Assembly: GCF_000002075.1 (NCBI RefSeq)
Contig: NW_004797308.1
Span: 460,606 to 520,168, forward strand
Direction: 5' to 3'
DNA length: 59,563 bases
From: Aplysia californica
Lineage: Eukaryota
A model generated the notes under the pieces. That model saw only the letters and a list, made by a program, of their open reading frames with translations. It searched no databases and was not told the DNA's origin. The stretch's first letter is position 1, and every line of letters begins with the position of its first letter. The position numbers were made by a program, and so were the translations under genes. Shown here piece by piece: positions 1 through 13,550 of the stretch.

Positions 1-60
1 CACACACACACACACATACACACACACACACACCACACCAGACTAACCACACCACACAAC
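1..60. repeat. (CA)n microsatellite
   Basis: Direct reading. Confidence 0.9.
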
Positions 61-108
61 ACGACTCTAAACTACTCTAAACTAACAATAGCACCTTGTT
101 TTTTCCAG

Positions 109-168
109 AACGTCACACGCAACAGATCGTCGTGTGAGGCCCTGGTGACCGTGCCAGAGCATGTATAG
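109..168 (+). other. Possible terminal exon start of an upstream, unidentified gene (short coding tail, then probable long 3' UTR to about 6.6 kb)
   Basis: Branch-like ACTAAC at 81-86, pyrimidine tract and CAG acceptor (AG 107-108). All three frames stop within 60 nt (phase 0 reads NVTRNRSSCEALVTVPEHV*). Downstream plus strand is T-rich, with AATAAA near 6600. Confidence 0.3.
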
Positions 169-2335
169 CCTACGACTGGCTTACCACAGGGCGGCGGCAG
201 CACACACAGCCTGTGATTGGCTACTGCAGCAGTGAGCGGCCATTCTGGACCTGTCTTCCCTGACATAACCGAGTGACCCCTGTACACCGACCGCCGCTAC
301 TTCCGGAGCTGTCTCATGTTCCAGCCCATGTTACCGTCTGTTGCTCTTTGTCCTTTTGGGCCCTGAGAATGGCATTGTTTTTAATCACAACCTTTGAAGA
401 AATTGAGTCTCTGGATTAGAACTGCATACTCCTCCTTACACCTGCTCTTTGGTCTCTCACTGTGTTAACAAATTCCATACATGCAGTTTTACTTTGAAAT
501 CAACTTAGGCAATGTCTCTTCCGTGAAACTGGGGAACTGAGTCTCACTCTGAAAACTACTGTTTTAGGACCCCTTAATAAGTTTGCACATTCTCAGACCA
601 ATTTAGTTTCTAATCTAAATGGAAATGCAGTTTTAAAAGGAGGGGATTTTAGTCATCTACTCTCATTGTGAATTATTAAAAGAGCTAAAACCTTGCCATT
701 CTAAGAGCAGCATTGTCATAATAAAGGCTCAAATCAGGGGTGTGATGGCAAAGGAATAATTGCCCCTCACCTCCCCAACCCACACGAAAGAGAAGCAAAG
801 CATTTTTGTTTCCAAAAGCATTAACAAATTTTTGTAATTACTTTTTGATTTGCAATGTATCAGGTATAAATCTCTTCTGGTATTATCCAATTTCTTATCA
901 TGTTATTTTGAATGTAAAAAGGGATTTTATGAGTATTAAAAAGACAAAGTGTCTTCTTTAAAAAAAAAGTGAGATTTACTCCATTATAAGATAATTACGT
1001 TTGCCACCACACACACCTATCACATCTCCTTTACAGATGAGACCGTCTTACTTACGAATACTGAGGTCTTTGCAAACCTGTGATGTAAATAGCTTCTTCG
1101 TGAGAGTCAAGTATTAGTCTTGACTAGGAACATGTATAAATACTATACAGAGATTATCTATTTATAAAAGAAAGTCTGTGAGCTCGATGCCAAATGTTGT
1201 GTGAAGAGGCCCCCATCAGTGGGCTGGAGATCATGTATACTTCCAGTGGTGTTGGTTTTCATGGGAAATGAGAGAAAGAGAGAGAGACAGAGGAAGAGAG
1301 AGAGAGAGAAGGGGGAGGGAGGCAGCAAAAGAGAAAGCTAGATTTTATTTATTACTGTAATCTGGAGTGTGCTGATCTCTAACTCAAGTGTGAATAGAAA
1401 TGTGAAAGTTGAAGATCATTTGATAGTGGTGGACAGTCATAAATTATGATTGGCAGCAGAAGGATAAGTCCTCCACAACTGAATAGATGTAGTTCAGGGA
1501 GATCAGAGTTTTACGATTCAGAATGTGTAGCCTCAGTGATTTTAACAGTCTCAGTTTTTGTCTCCTACCAAGTTTTGAATATGTGAAATCAACTGTCTTC
1601 CGTTTTTTACATAATATGTGTTGTGCTTTTCTCGACTTCATGGAGTGTGCAGTTCAGTTTGTATGCCGAGAAAGATAGTATCGTCACTGCACAAGCAAAA
1701 TGGCTTTACTCAAGTGTAAGGCCTAAATGCAACTAGCCTTTTCTTATGTTTGGTGGTACTATATCTACCTTTTGGGAAAACCAAAACAAAATGTGCTCAC
1801 AGTCAGAAAAGAAACATGCATGGCAAGTTTTACCATTATTTTGATAATAAATACTCGTATTGGAGTTAAAAACAATTTTTGCCTTTCATCTCAGAAGTTG
1901 CAAAAGTGAGGTGTGCCATTTTGCTAGTGCAGTAATGATGTGTGTGTATGTGTTCGGCATAAAGATTATTCTTCTGTCAAATTTATTTTCCCAAGCATGT
2001 CAAGGATAATACTTGTATTGATTCTGAATTGCTAACAATTTGGAAGTGCTTGACTTTTGTGTTCCAATAGTCCAAACTGATGTATTTAACTCATTTTCTT
2101 TCCCAAAGGGTGTCAATTCATGGTCATTGTCTCTTCTTCCATCTTGAATTGTGTTCTTTTATATAGCATTATGAGGTTTATCAGTAAGAATTTTAATTAT
2201 ATTGTTTCCATCTTTAAATTTAGAAGCATTTCTAGCAGTGCCTGATTGATCTGCCAGTCCAATTTTTCCTTTCATGGCAGTTTTCTCCCTCATGACTAAA
2301 TATTATTTTTCTGTTTTGTGGTCTCCCTTCCCATC

Positions 2336-2510
2336 GTGGGTAGGGTGTTTGTGTTTGGCTCGCTTCTTCTTTCGTATCGAACATCTATCATCCTCGTCTC
2401 TCCTCCTTCTCTTGTATGTATATTATTCTCTAGTCACACCTTTAATCCTCAGCATTTATATGACCTTTTTGTGTTGCAAGTGCTGTAAGACTCATACTAA
2501 ACTAAAACAT
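2336..2510 (+). mobile_element. Copy of the 175-bp ACTAA-tailed retroelement
   Basis: Shares GAACATCTATC...GTGTTGCAAGTG..GTAA..CTC.TACTAAACTAAA. Confidence 0.7.
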
Positions 2511-3017
2511 AAACTTTGCTCTCACCACAATTCCTCAAATTATTTATGAGACAGTGTACAGCATGTCATCAGACATTCAGACAAGCTGGTGATGTACCTC
2601 TGATCAACTTCTTATCAGCTTTTCTCAGTTTTTCTCAAAGTATGCACAAGACGACACAAAGGTTTACTCCCCCTTATTTATGAAGGTGGTTTGAGAGTGC
2701 TATTGATGGTTGGGCTGTTCTGCTCCTTTCCTCATGTCTTGTCTGTTGCCTGCTTTTCCCAGCTGTTCCCTCCCCTATGTGGTCAGTATTTTGTCCCAGT
2801 GCTTTTCAATTCCCCCAGTGGGTGAATGGAGGATTTTACTGATTTGCCTTGCATCTTTCCTGTCTTTCTCTCTGTTGTTTGTGTATATCAGTCTTGTTCT
2901 TTGCAAAAACTAAATGATTGTGATTGTGTCGAAGTGCTTCTCTTTTCTCTCACTAACGAGGTGTCTCCCTTTCCTCTTCAAGCCATTTTCAATTGAGATG
3001 AACTTGCAGTTTATATC

Positions 3018-3427
3018 GGGGTGCTCTGTTAGCCGGTGCCATGCTGGACTACGGAGTGGGTGGCCCTGGTTCAAATCCCGAACTGGACGTTCTTGAAATT
3101 ATGTCGTTTTGTGGAGTTTTCAAGGTTCTCAGTGGGTGGTTGGCGGGTGCTCTGGTGTGGTTTGCTCCTTCTTTCCTCTTGAACATCTATCGTCCTTATC
3201 TCTCCTTTTTTACGTTTGTTGTTACTCTCCTGTAACACGTGATCTTCGGCACTTATATGACCTTATTGTGTTGCAAGTGCCGTAAAACTCTTTACTAAAC
3301 TAAGACAAGGTTCTCAATCCACTTGGCTCAGTCGTGTGGGAAATGGACGTTAAATTAGGAGGTCCCGTCTCTCAAATAACCTTACAGTGTTGATTAGGAC
3401 GTAGGCCCATACACTTACGTACACTTA
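3018..3427 (+). mobile_element. tRNA-derived SINE with 11-bp TSD, carrying a nested insertion
   Basis: B-box GGTTCAAATCCC; TSD CAGTTTATATC at 3007-3017 and 3428-3438. Homologous uninterrupted copy at 10329-10557. Confidence 0.8.
3132..3305 (+). mobile_element. About 175-bp retroelement 3' end (ACTAA-type tail) nested in the SINE
   Basis: TSD CAAGGTTCTCA at 3121-3131 and 3306-3316. Same sequence recurs at 2336, 11772, 36193, 45060, 45591, 46762, 49606 and 51087. Confidence 0.85.
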
Positions 3428-4138
3428 CAGTTTATATCTAGCATTTTGTTTGTCCACCCTCCCCCAGCCGGGGGTTGAGAGTTTGCTCAATGTTTGCCAT
3501 AATCAAACACTCAAGATTTTGTCTTGTTGACCCATTCCACGGAGGATTTACAAAGATGTGGGGTTCTGACTGCAAGTACAGAAACATGATCCTCACTTGT
3601 CTTGCTTTATTCGAGGTTGTATATCTTTGAGGAGGTGAATGTGTATTTTGCTGAAATAGTCATCTTTTTATGAGCGTGTGTTTCACCTATTAGTGCAAAC
3701 TGCCTTGGTGATGGCTTCTGACCTACTTTTCTGTTTGATTTTTAAATCATTCTTGTAATGTGGAGGTTTGAAGTTTTACATTGCACTTGAATACCTTATT
3801 TTAGAAGAGACTTGTTTTGTGAATGTGAATTCCTGCATAACCGGATTTTTTTCTTTCTGGGGATTTTCATATTAATGGATGCTGATGTCAGCTCTGGTGT
3901 ATGGTAATCTAAGGTCATTATGGTATGTTGTATTTTACGATAGCTCTGGCATTTTTGTTAATGTATCACGTTTTCGGCGGTGTCTAGAATTCTGGAGATA
4001 TGGAATCATCCTGACTTTTTCATTTCCTGTTTGACTGAGTATGTCTTCCTTACTTAATTTGTGTTTTTTCAACTTTTTTTTCAACTCTGACAATCTTATA
4101 GGTGCCATGAATCGTGCAAACTGTAACTTAACTCTAAT

Positions 4139-4482
4139 GTGGCATCTGTGATATAGTGGTTAGGCTCACGGGCTTGTTATGAAAGATTGTGGGTTCAAAC
4201 CCCATCAGGCCCCTTACGTTGTGTCATTGGGAAATGTCCTTTACACGAATTTTACCCCCTTAACACAGGTGGGAATAGGTACCCAGTTATGGACATTGGA
4301 AGATCTTGTTAGCTTGTTAGTGTTTGTTAGACACAGAGTGCTTACACTGTGTATTTACCGTAAAGCTAAGAATATCCGTGAGTATTCTACTGGGGTAATA
4401 ATACAGATTGTAAAGCGCATAGAGCTTGCTGTTGGGCAGGGATATGTGTCGTACAAATGCTATTTATTATTGTTATTATTAA
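4139..4482 (+). mobile_element. tRNA-derived SINE with CORE-like domain and (TTA)n tail
   Basis: A-box-like TAGTGGTTAGG, B-box GGTTCAAACCC, then GTTGTGTCATTGGGAAATGTCCTTTACACGAATTT. Colinear with 46850-47063. Confidence 0.75.
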
Positions 4483-6659
4483 TATCCCCTATCTCTCAGG
4501 CTGTTTTTGTGAGGTTTTTCTCAGTGGCTGGTTGGAGGTCACTGGTGATTTGTCCTACTTCTTTGTCCCATATTCCCTCTGTTCTTTCTGTGTGTCCTGT
4601 GGGGTTTTTTCAGCTATGATTGGGCCTGATTGTATTTAAACGTTCAAAGTTCCGTGCTAAATTTATTGAATGTTTTTATTCTATTTATTTCTTGGATAAG
4701 GGAAGTCTTGTTTGCAGTAATTCATTTTTGTTCCATGTTGCTAAATAATTATTGTGAAAGAATTTTTAGACAGATGTATTGGTACACTTAAGGATTGCTC
4801 ACCCTTGCATGTGAATGAAAGAATATACGGCAATATAAATGGTTGTATGTATGTATGTGTGCATATAAATGTGTATGTACATATGTGTGTGTGTGTATGT
4901 GTGAACGCACTTGTGTAGTCATTGAGTTATGCCATCTGTTTCTGTACATGAGTTGAAAGTTAATTTTGCCTGATTCAATTTCTGCACCACGGGTATTCTG
5001 TTGGCTTTAAGTTTAAGCGGGGAACTGCTTTACTAATTGACCGTAACCATTCCAGTTTGGTATCCTTTTGTTTTCAAGTTGTCAGTGATTTTACCTCTCA
5101 CTTTAAGTGCACAAGTTCAGACATATCTAGACATTTTTCAGATCTCTTTGGCAGTAATAGATTTGTGTGTCTTTCTGTGTCTGCATTTTGAGAGGTCTTC
5201 CACCCTGATTATTTCACTTCTGTACTGGAGGCAGCATACTCTAGCAGTGAATCAGTTTCCCTTTTTTTAAAAAGTAAATAATGCAATTTGTTTCGTGTCC
5301 TAAGCATGTATATGTTTTTTGAAGCTGTGTATATGGTCGTCTTTCTATTTAATGTTTAATTCAGTCTCCATTACAATTAATTTCATTCTCGCTGGTCTAC
5401 AAATGTGCTCTTTTATCAAGAGTTATACAATTACAATGTTTGTCTTCGAAGTTTTACAGATTTTTTTGCTTCTTCTGGAAGTACCTAAGATCTGAGCATT
5501 TGGAATGTGATTTCCCCTCTTTTTAAAATTTATATAAGAAAGAGATTTTGCAGCTTTCCCACGTCTCATTAAAATTGATGTGCCAGAAATCAGACATTTG
5601 TCAGACATACTTTCTTGATGCATTGTAAGATGTCCTCTACTTTTTCACTCTAAACCTCATTTTGAAATTGATTGTGCCATAAGTGATGTGTTGTTTCCTC
5701 GTTCACTTTGCCAGTTTGTTGTGGGGGGGGGGGGGATTTTTATTTCTGAGACTTAGCCAGATTCGTTGCAGGTTGAGCTTTGAGACAAAGTGATGTCGTA
5801 GTTCCTGTCATCCCTCTAGGAATATTTTCTTCGTAGACTGGTGTCCTTGTACTGAGAATTATTATAGCATGGACCTCTTTGCTGCCAACAGTATTGTTAC
5901 TAAGTAATCAGTTTCTTTTCCAGATTGAATTTTTGTAGACTTGACCAGAAAAAGACATGGACAGTAATCAAAACCGCCATTGATTTATTGCTTTAACAGA
6001 TTTCCTGATACAGGTCTTTCTCAGACAAGGCATTTAATTAAAATAAGGGATAGACCCTTATCTGGAAAGGTGAGATTTTGGTGCTTTTTAAAATTATTTT
6101 ACGTTCTTCATATAGCGTGGTAATTTTTAACATAAATTCTAGTTCTCACCATGCCCATGCCAGACTTCATAACAGACCCATCTCTAAAGTGGATGGTTTA
6201 GACATGTAACTTTTAACTTCACTGAAGTGTGTTCCCAGTTGTCTGGCAGCAACACATGAATAGATGGTAAGACTAAGAGACAAATTCTGTTTTCTTTCTT
6301 TTCTCTCATTCTTCTATTTCTGCCTGCTGTTTGTAATATTTGTCTAGTACTGAAAGACGCCCACTTAATACACGTACATAATGATTTTGATTTTAGTTGA
6401 TGTGACTTTGTTGTGTGTGTATAATAATGATTATGGGTAAGAATGAAAAAAGCTTTTCTGCTGCCTGATGATGTACTTATGAATGAATTGTGCCAATCAT
6501 GTGCTTTCATAAATTGTCACTCAAGCATGTTTTTTGGTGACTCTCTGATCTTGTCATGTTGTCATTATTTTCTACGGATCTAAGAAAAGTAATACTATAA
6601 ATAAAAGAATCCATATCAAAGAATTATTTTTTTTTCTTTCATTATTTCTGTCAAGTCAG

Positions 6660-6836
6660 TTTCCTTAGCTTCTCCATGGTGCACAAAAGACCTGAGTTTG
6701 ATTACCGTGTGGGGAGAATTGTTATTGAATATTTCAGTCTTTCTGCTGAGACGTGCCCTTCTCAACCCAAGTTGACCCTGGGTTAAGCCTGCCTCCTAAA
6801 TTAAATCTAAATTGTGTCGATGGGGGTGTAAAACTC
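6660..6836 (+). mobile_element. Degenerate SINE copy related to 55035-55216
   Basis: Shared GAGTT.GATT...GTGTGGGGAGAA and GCCT.CCTCC..AATTA..CTAAA.TGTGTCGATGGG. Confidence 0.55.
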
Positions 6837-6865
6837 GTAGGAAAAAAATATTTTAAAATATATAT

Positions 6866-7304
6866 GCGAGGCAGCGTGGTGGAATCAGGCTCTCGTCAAA
6901 ATAGTAAAAGTGATGAAATTTGCATTTTTCCGCAGGTTTGTGAATTTTTATCAAATTTTTGTGTTTTGGCTCATCACCTTTTATGCCCATTAAAGAATTA
7001 ATTTCTGTGTGGACTTTTCTGAAAAACGTTGATTAAAAGCACACAAAATGTAAATTTTCAGTTACCACGGACTATTGAGATAAGGAAATAACTAATCTTT
7101 GGAGGCCATTTTCTCACTAATTTTACCTCTGAAAACAGGTGACCCCCCACCTCCTTCAATCGCAAATATCTCGACCTGTATTCAAGATAAATGGATATTT
7201 TTTTTTCATCCAAATACAGACAAGTGAACAAGCTTTAAGATGATACCAATAACTCTACATGCCCAAAAAATTGACGAGAGCCTGATTCCACCACGCTGCT
7301 TCAC
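6866..7304. mobile_element. MITE with about 35-bp TIRs in an (AT)n target
   Basis: GCGAGGCAGCGTGGTGGAATCAGGCTCTCGTCAA is inverted as TTGACGAGAGCCTGATTCCACCACGCTGCTTCAC. Second copy at 13165-13550. Confidence 0.85.
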
Positions 7305-7532
7305 ATATATATATATATACAAAATGGCCAAATACTGTACATTTTCTCAACATATGTGTTACAAGTATGTAAATGTTTTAAAGTGTATTACACTTAATTA
7401 CTGGCACCATTGGAACAAATCCTGTGTATGAGCTTTGAACAGAATCAATGTGAATGCTGGTTCGTTCCTATAGTAGGGTAACAACATTAAGGAACCTTAA
7501 GCAATTGCTTTTTAAGTTATTTATTACATGTA

Positions 7533-9875
7533 CAGTCGAACCTGCCATGACAGCCACTTGTACAAACGGCCACCTCCCACCCCCCGCATTGCATTTTTTC
7601 TACATAATTTAACTGTGTAAAATGGTCACCTGTCGAATGCGGCTGCGACCACCTATTTGATCAACCCAAGGTCAAATTTACGTGCCTCACACGGCTAGGC
7701 GTGGTCACTCATTGCCCAACACTTTGTCTTTTGTCATAAATTATGAATTGGCACCTGACACTATGGACGGGCCGTCATATTCACCTGTTGTTATTGCTTG
7801 TCCCTCCTATGAATGATTACCCAAGTTGACAAATGGGTAACAATAAATTTTCAACTGCTGGTGAGGGAAACATGTGATCCGTCATAAGCTAATAAGCCGA
7901 GCACGCAACTCATGCACAAACATATGTGAAGTGACTGGTCACTGATTTGTTTACCTAATCTGTAACCTAGCATCTGCATTTGTCGCGGCCTCGACCCGCG
8001 AATCACGGCCGCTATTTTTACATTTTTCAACAAAAAAAAAAAAGAAGAAAAACACCGCTCGGAGAAAAAAAATCGAAAACAAACCGCGGGGAATAAAAAT
8101 TGAGAAACTTAAAAAGAAAACTTACAAAACCCCGAAAAATACAGAAACCGAACCTTATTAACTTTTCTTTTACTTTTAGAAAGAAAAACTAGAAAGTTTA
8201 CTTTCACTTCCTCTTCACTTCGTCTCTTTCTCACTTGTTGACACCACGTTGATTTGTTATTTTTAATGAACTTTCAAGTGAAGAATAAGTACATGACATA
8301 CTGTTTATGTATTGCTGTTTCCCTTTAATTTGTCCCTCTTTATTGTGTTTTAAGTTTCCTTGTTATTGTTCTGATGTGTTCTTTTTTTCGGTTTTCGATG
8401 TTTTGTTGGGTTTTTGGGGGGGTTTTTGGTAAGTGTTTTACTGCGCTCGCAACTGCATAAGGTCATATGAACGCGCAGGACACATTGAACTTTTTCAGTT
8501 GGTAGGAAATTTTGAAATTTACCCGGGTGGTGGCCGATACCTACTCTTTTCGATTTTAGACCACCAAGGGATCTTTAATGTGTGCATCTTGCACACGGGA
8601 CCTCCTAAATTTTTCACCCTTTTCCGAGAAGGCTAGATGTAGATGTTTCCTACCAGAAGATCAGCGGTGTGGCTGAAAGACTGCAATAAGAAGGAGCCAA
8701 GGAGTAGCAGTAGAAAGGCTGCAGAAAGAGCCAGGAGCAGGGAGGAGGGGGCAAAGGCGGTGAGGGGGTGGGGACAGGAAGAGGAGACGAAAGCAGACGA
8801 CAGAACAATGCTAGAGAGCAGGAAAGGAGCTGAAATGAGACAATTCTAGAGAAGAACATTTTTTCAGTCGCTAACCGGATTCGAACCCGGGACCTTTAAA
8901 AGAGAGACCTTAACCTCTAGGCTACGAGAGCCCCCCCGTTTTTTAATGCTTATATAGCGTATGTTATTTAATTTGATGTTGTTCCCACCTTTTAAAAAAA
9001 TACAAAAACGTGTCATGCTAGAGCGTGTCTCTACCAAAACTGAATACTGACACTGGCAGGCCCCTTGTGTGTAATTCCATAATTTACATGTAAGTAATAT
9101 CCTGTACTTTTTCTTGAATTACACACGTTTAAGGTTAAAACGGCCAATCTTCGGATAGGTTAACGCTCGTTTTTATTTGGTAATTTTCGTAGTTGTTGAT
9201 GTGCTGTTCTAATTTTGATTTCATTCTATTATGAAACCTTTATTTTTCACGTTTTACATCCTGTGTGGCTACAAATGATATTCTGGTTGTATAAAGCAGA
9301 ACACAAGAAATTCTGGTGCTTTAGATGAAGTTACCTCTATCAACATGCTATCATATACTTCGTCAAAGAGAGTTGAAAACTTGAAAATTAATGGCAACTT
9401 TTGCCATTTTTGTGGCAACTTTTGGACAAAAAATGGCAACTAACGCAGATGCTAGTGTAACTAAGTAACAATGGATGCTGACGTGAACTTGCGACAGAAG
9501 TGTCACCCGTTCTCCAAGTGGTGGCGACCTGTGTGTTTGTTCAACCATGGCACTCGGTCTCCATTGTCTTACATAATATTTCGTTTATTTTACCCTTGCA
9601 CAAAAGCAGCAACAAAAAAATAAAGCTAACCAAAAAACAAATCAATAAAAAAAAAACTTTCTTACACCACCCACCCCCTTTTGCAAAAGAAAACAAACAC
9701 CCTTTTGAGTTTGCCTTACGGCAGTCCAAAGCCTGTGATCAGCCCCGGTTTGGACCTCAGAAGAGAATGGTTTGCTTTCTTCATTTTGATCAGTCCTGCA
9801 TGAGACGACCACCTGTGTCATACACAGCCACTTTTCTCCTTGACAATGGGTTGCTGTTTCACACAGGTTAGACTG
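7533..9875. mobile_element. Tc1/mariner (pogo/Tigger-like) non-autonomous element, TA-flanked, with internal SINE
   Basis: TA|CAGTCGAACCTG ... CAGGTTAGACTG|TA. Related ends at 16609-16719, 48055-48248 and 51301-51783. Confidence 0.65.
8490..8930 (-). mobile_element. tRNA-derived SINE (Nin/Deu-like central domain) with purine-rich insert
   Basis: Minus-strand B-box GGTTCGAATCC; GACCACCAAGGGATCTTTAA.GTGTGCA..TTGCACAC shared with 41140-41545. Confidence 0.65.
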
Positions 9876-10066
9876 TATTATGTATTGACAATGTGTCAAG
9901 AAAGTGATCTTCAGCACATCAAATACTTGAATAGACCAAAGCCACACAGGATATGAGGAATTCGCAATAAAAGCAAAGTGAAGTGTTTATCCTACTTTAT
10001 CCTTCACTTTATGTAACTCAATGTATTATGGCATTCAAATATCGCTACTGCCTCTAAAGGCCTCAA

Positions 10067-10282
10067 GTGGCGTCGCGGTTAGGCTACCGGACTCGTAATC
10101 ATGAGATTGCTGGTTTGGGGGTTTGAGCCTCAGCTCGGTCAGACGTTGTGTCCTTGGGAAAGGCACTTTACACGAATTTCCCACTTGCCTCGGTCCTTTT
10201 GAAGATGGACGTGAAACTCAGAGGTCCCGCCTCTTAAATAACCTGTCGGTAGGGGTGTTAAACCTATACAATTTCACCATTT
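10067..10282 (+). mobile_element. tRNA-derived SINE (CORE-like head, CCATTT tail)
   Basis: Nearly colinear with 53344-53578. TSD-like TCTAAAGGCCTC (10053-10064) / TCTAAGGGCCTC (10283-10294). Confidence 0.8.
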
Positions 10283-10328
10283 TCTAAGGGCCTCTTATCC
10301 ATATTTATGGGATATTTATATCAGCCTA

Positions 10329-10557
10329 GGGTGCTCCGTTAACTCAGTTGGTATCAGGCTGGACAACAGAGCAGATGGCCCTGGTTTAAATCCCAGACTG
10401 GGCACTCTTGAACTTGGGTCATTTTGTGGAGTCTTCAAGGCTTTCAGCCCATTTGGCTCAGTCCTTTCTGAGATTGACATTAAATTTGAAGGTCCTCCTT
10501 CTTAAATAACCTAAAAGTGTTGATAAGAATGTTATACCCATACACTTTCTTTACTTA
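10329..10557 (+). mobile_element. tRNA-derived SINE, same family as 3018-3427
   Basis: GGGTGCTCCGTTAACTCAGTTGG...CCCTGGTTTAAATCCC...CTTAAATAACCTA..CCCATACACTT. Confidence 0.75.
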
Positions 10558-11771
10558 CAGCCAGACCTCATTTTCGATTTTTAAATTGCCACGGTAACTA
10601 AAACCAGAGCGTACATGTAATACAAATGAATCCTGTCTAAAAAGTTAGAATGTATTGCTTTCATAAAGTTTACACATTCCAAGGAGTAAAGCCAACAAAT
10701 TCTCAAAATAATTTAAACCTTTATTTTTAACTAGGCCTACATACAAAGTAATAATAATATCAAGAAAATTATAAAGTGTAATACAAAAGCAGTGAGAATG
10801 GTCTGGTCTTCCAAAAGGTCAAAAAGGGATCTCTCATGACTCATACCAATGATCTTAGACAAGACAGCGTCCATTACCTATCATTTTCTACAAAAAAGGA
10901 TGAAAAAAACAAGAAAATAGAACTTGTGTACACAATGTGCTCAAAAGAAAAGATGGCAATAAAAAATCCACACAAAAATCTTTACCAAGAATACAGAAAA
11001 AGAAAATGGAGGAGAAAAAAATTGTTTCATTAAAGGAAAAGATGGCCAAAAATCTGAGTTTTTCAAAAATAAGTCACCAACCATGATCGATAACACTAAG
11101 TTTGCATACACTACTGCTAATGGCAAGTGTAAACAGCTACTACAAAACAATATTCTTTCGTCTTTGTGAAATCTCCTCTATCAATAAAATAAGTAGATTT
11201 AATATTCTGAACAATTATCAAATATAGAGCAATTTAAAATCTGCTCACTATTCTTCCAAACATCTAATAAAACCATTTAGCCCAAATGGAATGAAATGTT
11301 CATGGCTGATATGTCTATGGTATCTTTGTTTTAGCTATGGTGAAGTTGAACAACTATAAACTTCCAGGATTTTTGTGGGGGAGAAAGAAATAAAAACTTA
11401 TGTTTTGTCCAACATGATAACAAAAATTAATGAAGGGATCTTCCAGTTTCATATGTTTATAACTTCTTTTGGATGAACAAAGCAATAGCACCCCTTTTCA
11501 CTTCACAGAACAATAGTACATTCAACAAAAATTTATAAAAAGAAAAGTCAGTAAACCAGAACATATATTATTATATAACCATACATAACTAAAGTTGCTG
11601 ACAAGAAATACTTGACTTTCAAAAGATATTATTGAGTGAATTACGACACCAAAATAAGTGCAAAACTACTGCAACTTTGTAGCTCACACTCAAATTTTTT
11701 TTAACCTGAAATTGATCAGACCACAATAAAAGTAAATTAAATTCTGTATACATCAAAAAACTTCTGAGATC

Positions 11772-11955
11772 TAGATTTAATAAGTAAGAGTTTTATAGCA
11801 CTTGCAACACAAAGAGGTCAAACAAGTGTTGAAGATTTGGGGTTTTACAAGAGAGTAACAGTAACATTCAAAGAAAAGAAGGAGAAGAGATGAGAATGAT
11901 AGATGTTTAGTAGGAAAGAAGGAGTAAACCACACCAGAGCACCTGCTAACCACCC
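11772..11955 (-). mobile_element. Copy of the 175-bp ACTAA-tailed retroelement, 14-bp TSD
   Basis: TSD AAACTTCTGAGATC at 11758-11771 and 11956-11969. Confidence 0.85.
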
Positions 11956-13164
11956 AAACTTCTGAGATCAAAAGTACAAACTTAAAAAAATCTTGAAAAA
12001 ATTTTCCAGATCATAAATATTCATAATAATAATAATATGTAAAACATTTATACCTCACTCATCCCTGAATAAAAAGCACAGGTTCTGAGTGCTTCACATT
12101 CAAACAAAAAAAAGCAGCAACAGATAAACAGAACATTGTGTTCTTACTTAAAATCTAGATAATTCTGTTATCTAAAAACAGAAATGACATGAATTAACTT
12201 AAACTTGATTGCATTTATAAAAGATTCGATCTCTCTCAAACTACTATGCAGCGCGTTTAAAATATTGAGGCCATATATAAAGACAAACAGAGAAATAAAA
12301 ATTTGTACTAATGCTCATATACTATACATACTTATTTTGAGGTATTTCTTTTGGTCCAAGGGAACACTACACCAAATTGTCATTTCAAAGATAGACATGA
12401 GACAGTTTTAAAAAAAAAAAAAATTCCAAAGGGCAATTTGACCCCTAAAAATCTCCTTGAGTTTCTCAATTTCACAGCCAACAGCACCACAGCCAGGTTA
12501 TTCTCTAAAGCAAAGTCAGGAATGTCTAAAATAGCATTCACCGGATACATCTCATTGCTCACAGTGTATTCATCATAATACATTCTGTGGAATCCATAAT
12601 CAAAAAACTCTCCAGTCTCCAGGGAAGAGACTTTTGAGTTTAATTAACTCATTCATGACAGCTCTCATACACTGTATGCCCAACGTCATGAGCTAAGAAG
12701 TTTTAACCAAATGTTACTTATAAAGTGCTTATGATATACAAATTTGTAACAATTATGAAAGTCATAACCAAAATTTTGCTCATGTCTGGAAACAAAATGT
12801 ACAATGTTCTACTTCTGAAAGACTTGTTAAGAATTTGATTAGTTACGATACAAGATGCGAGTTCTACATTAATTTGACACATAAACACGTATCATTTTGT
12901 AAAAACATTGTTCTAAAGAGGTATTAACGACGAATGTCTCAATATCAACATCACTTCAAGAAGTGCGCCAAACAAAAGTGTGTTCATATACTCTGTCAAC
13001 GGAGGCTGTCATCAAAAGGGACTGAATGACAAAATAATTTGACATACAGAACCATGCTTCTTTTAAACGAGTAACTACAAGTGCACTGAATTCCATACAA
13101 TGTTTTCTAACAAAGTAAGGTATCAAAGAGCAGGTTGCCCCGTTTTATACTACAAAGTTTATAT

Positions 13165-13550
13165 GTGAGGCATCGTGGTGGAATCAGGCGGTCGTCAAAA
13201 TAATGAAATCAAAGAAACCGGCACTTTTCTGACCGATATGAGGAATTTTTATTTTTTTTATTTTTTTAAATTAATTTTTGTATGGATTTTACTGAAAAAC
13301 TTTGATTAAAGGTACAAAAAATGTAAACAAACTATGGAAGTCACCAAAGTTTGGCTGCCATTTTCTCGTTAATTTCACCTATGACACCAGGCGATCCACG
13401 CCTCCTTCGATTGCAAATATCTCCACTTCTGTTCATGATAGATGGATTTTTTTTTTCAAAAGCAAGGCAAATGAACAGGTTTTAAGAGTATACCAGTAAC
13501 TCCACATGCCCAAAAATTGACTAGCACCAGATTCCACCGTGTTGTGACAC
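13165..13550. mobile_element. MITE, second copy of the 6866-7304 family
   Basis: ATAT|GTGAGGCATCGTGGTGGAATCAGG...ATTCCACCGTGTTGTGACAC|ATAT, with internal homology. Confidence 0.8.
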
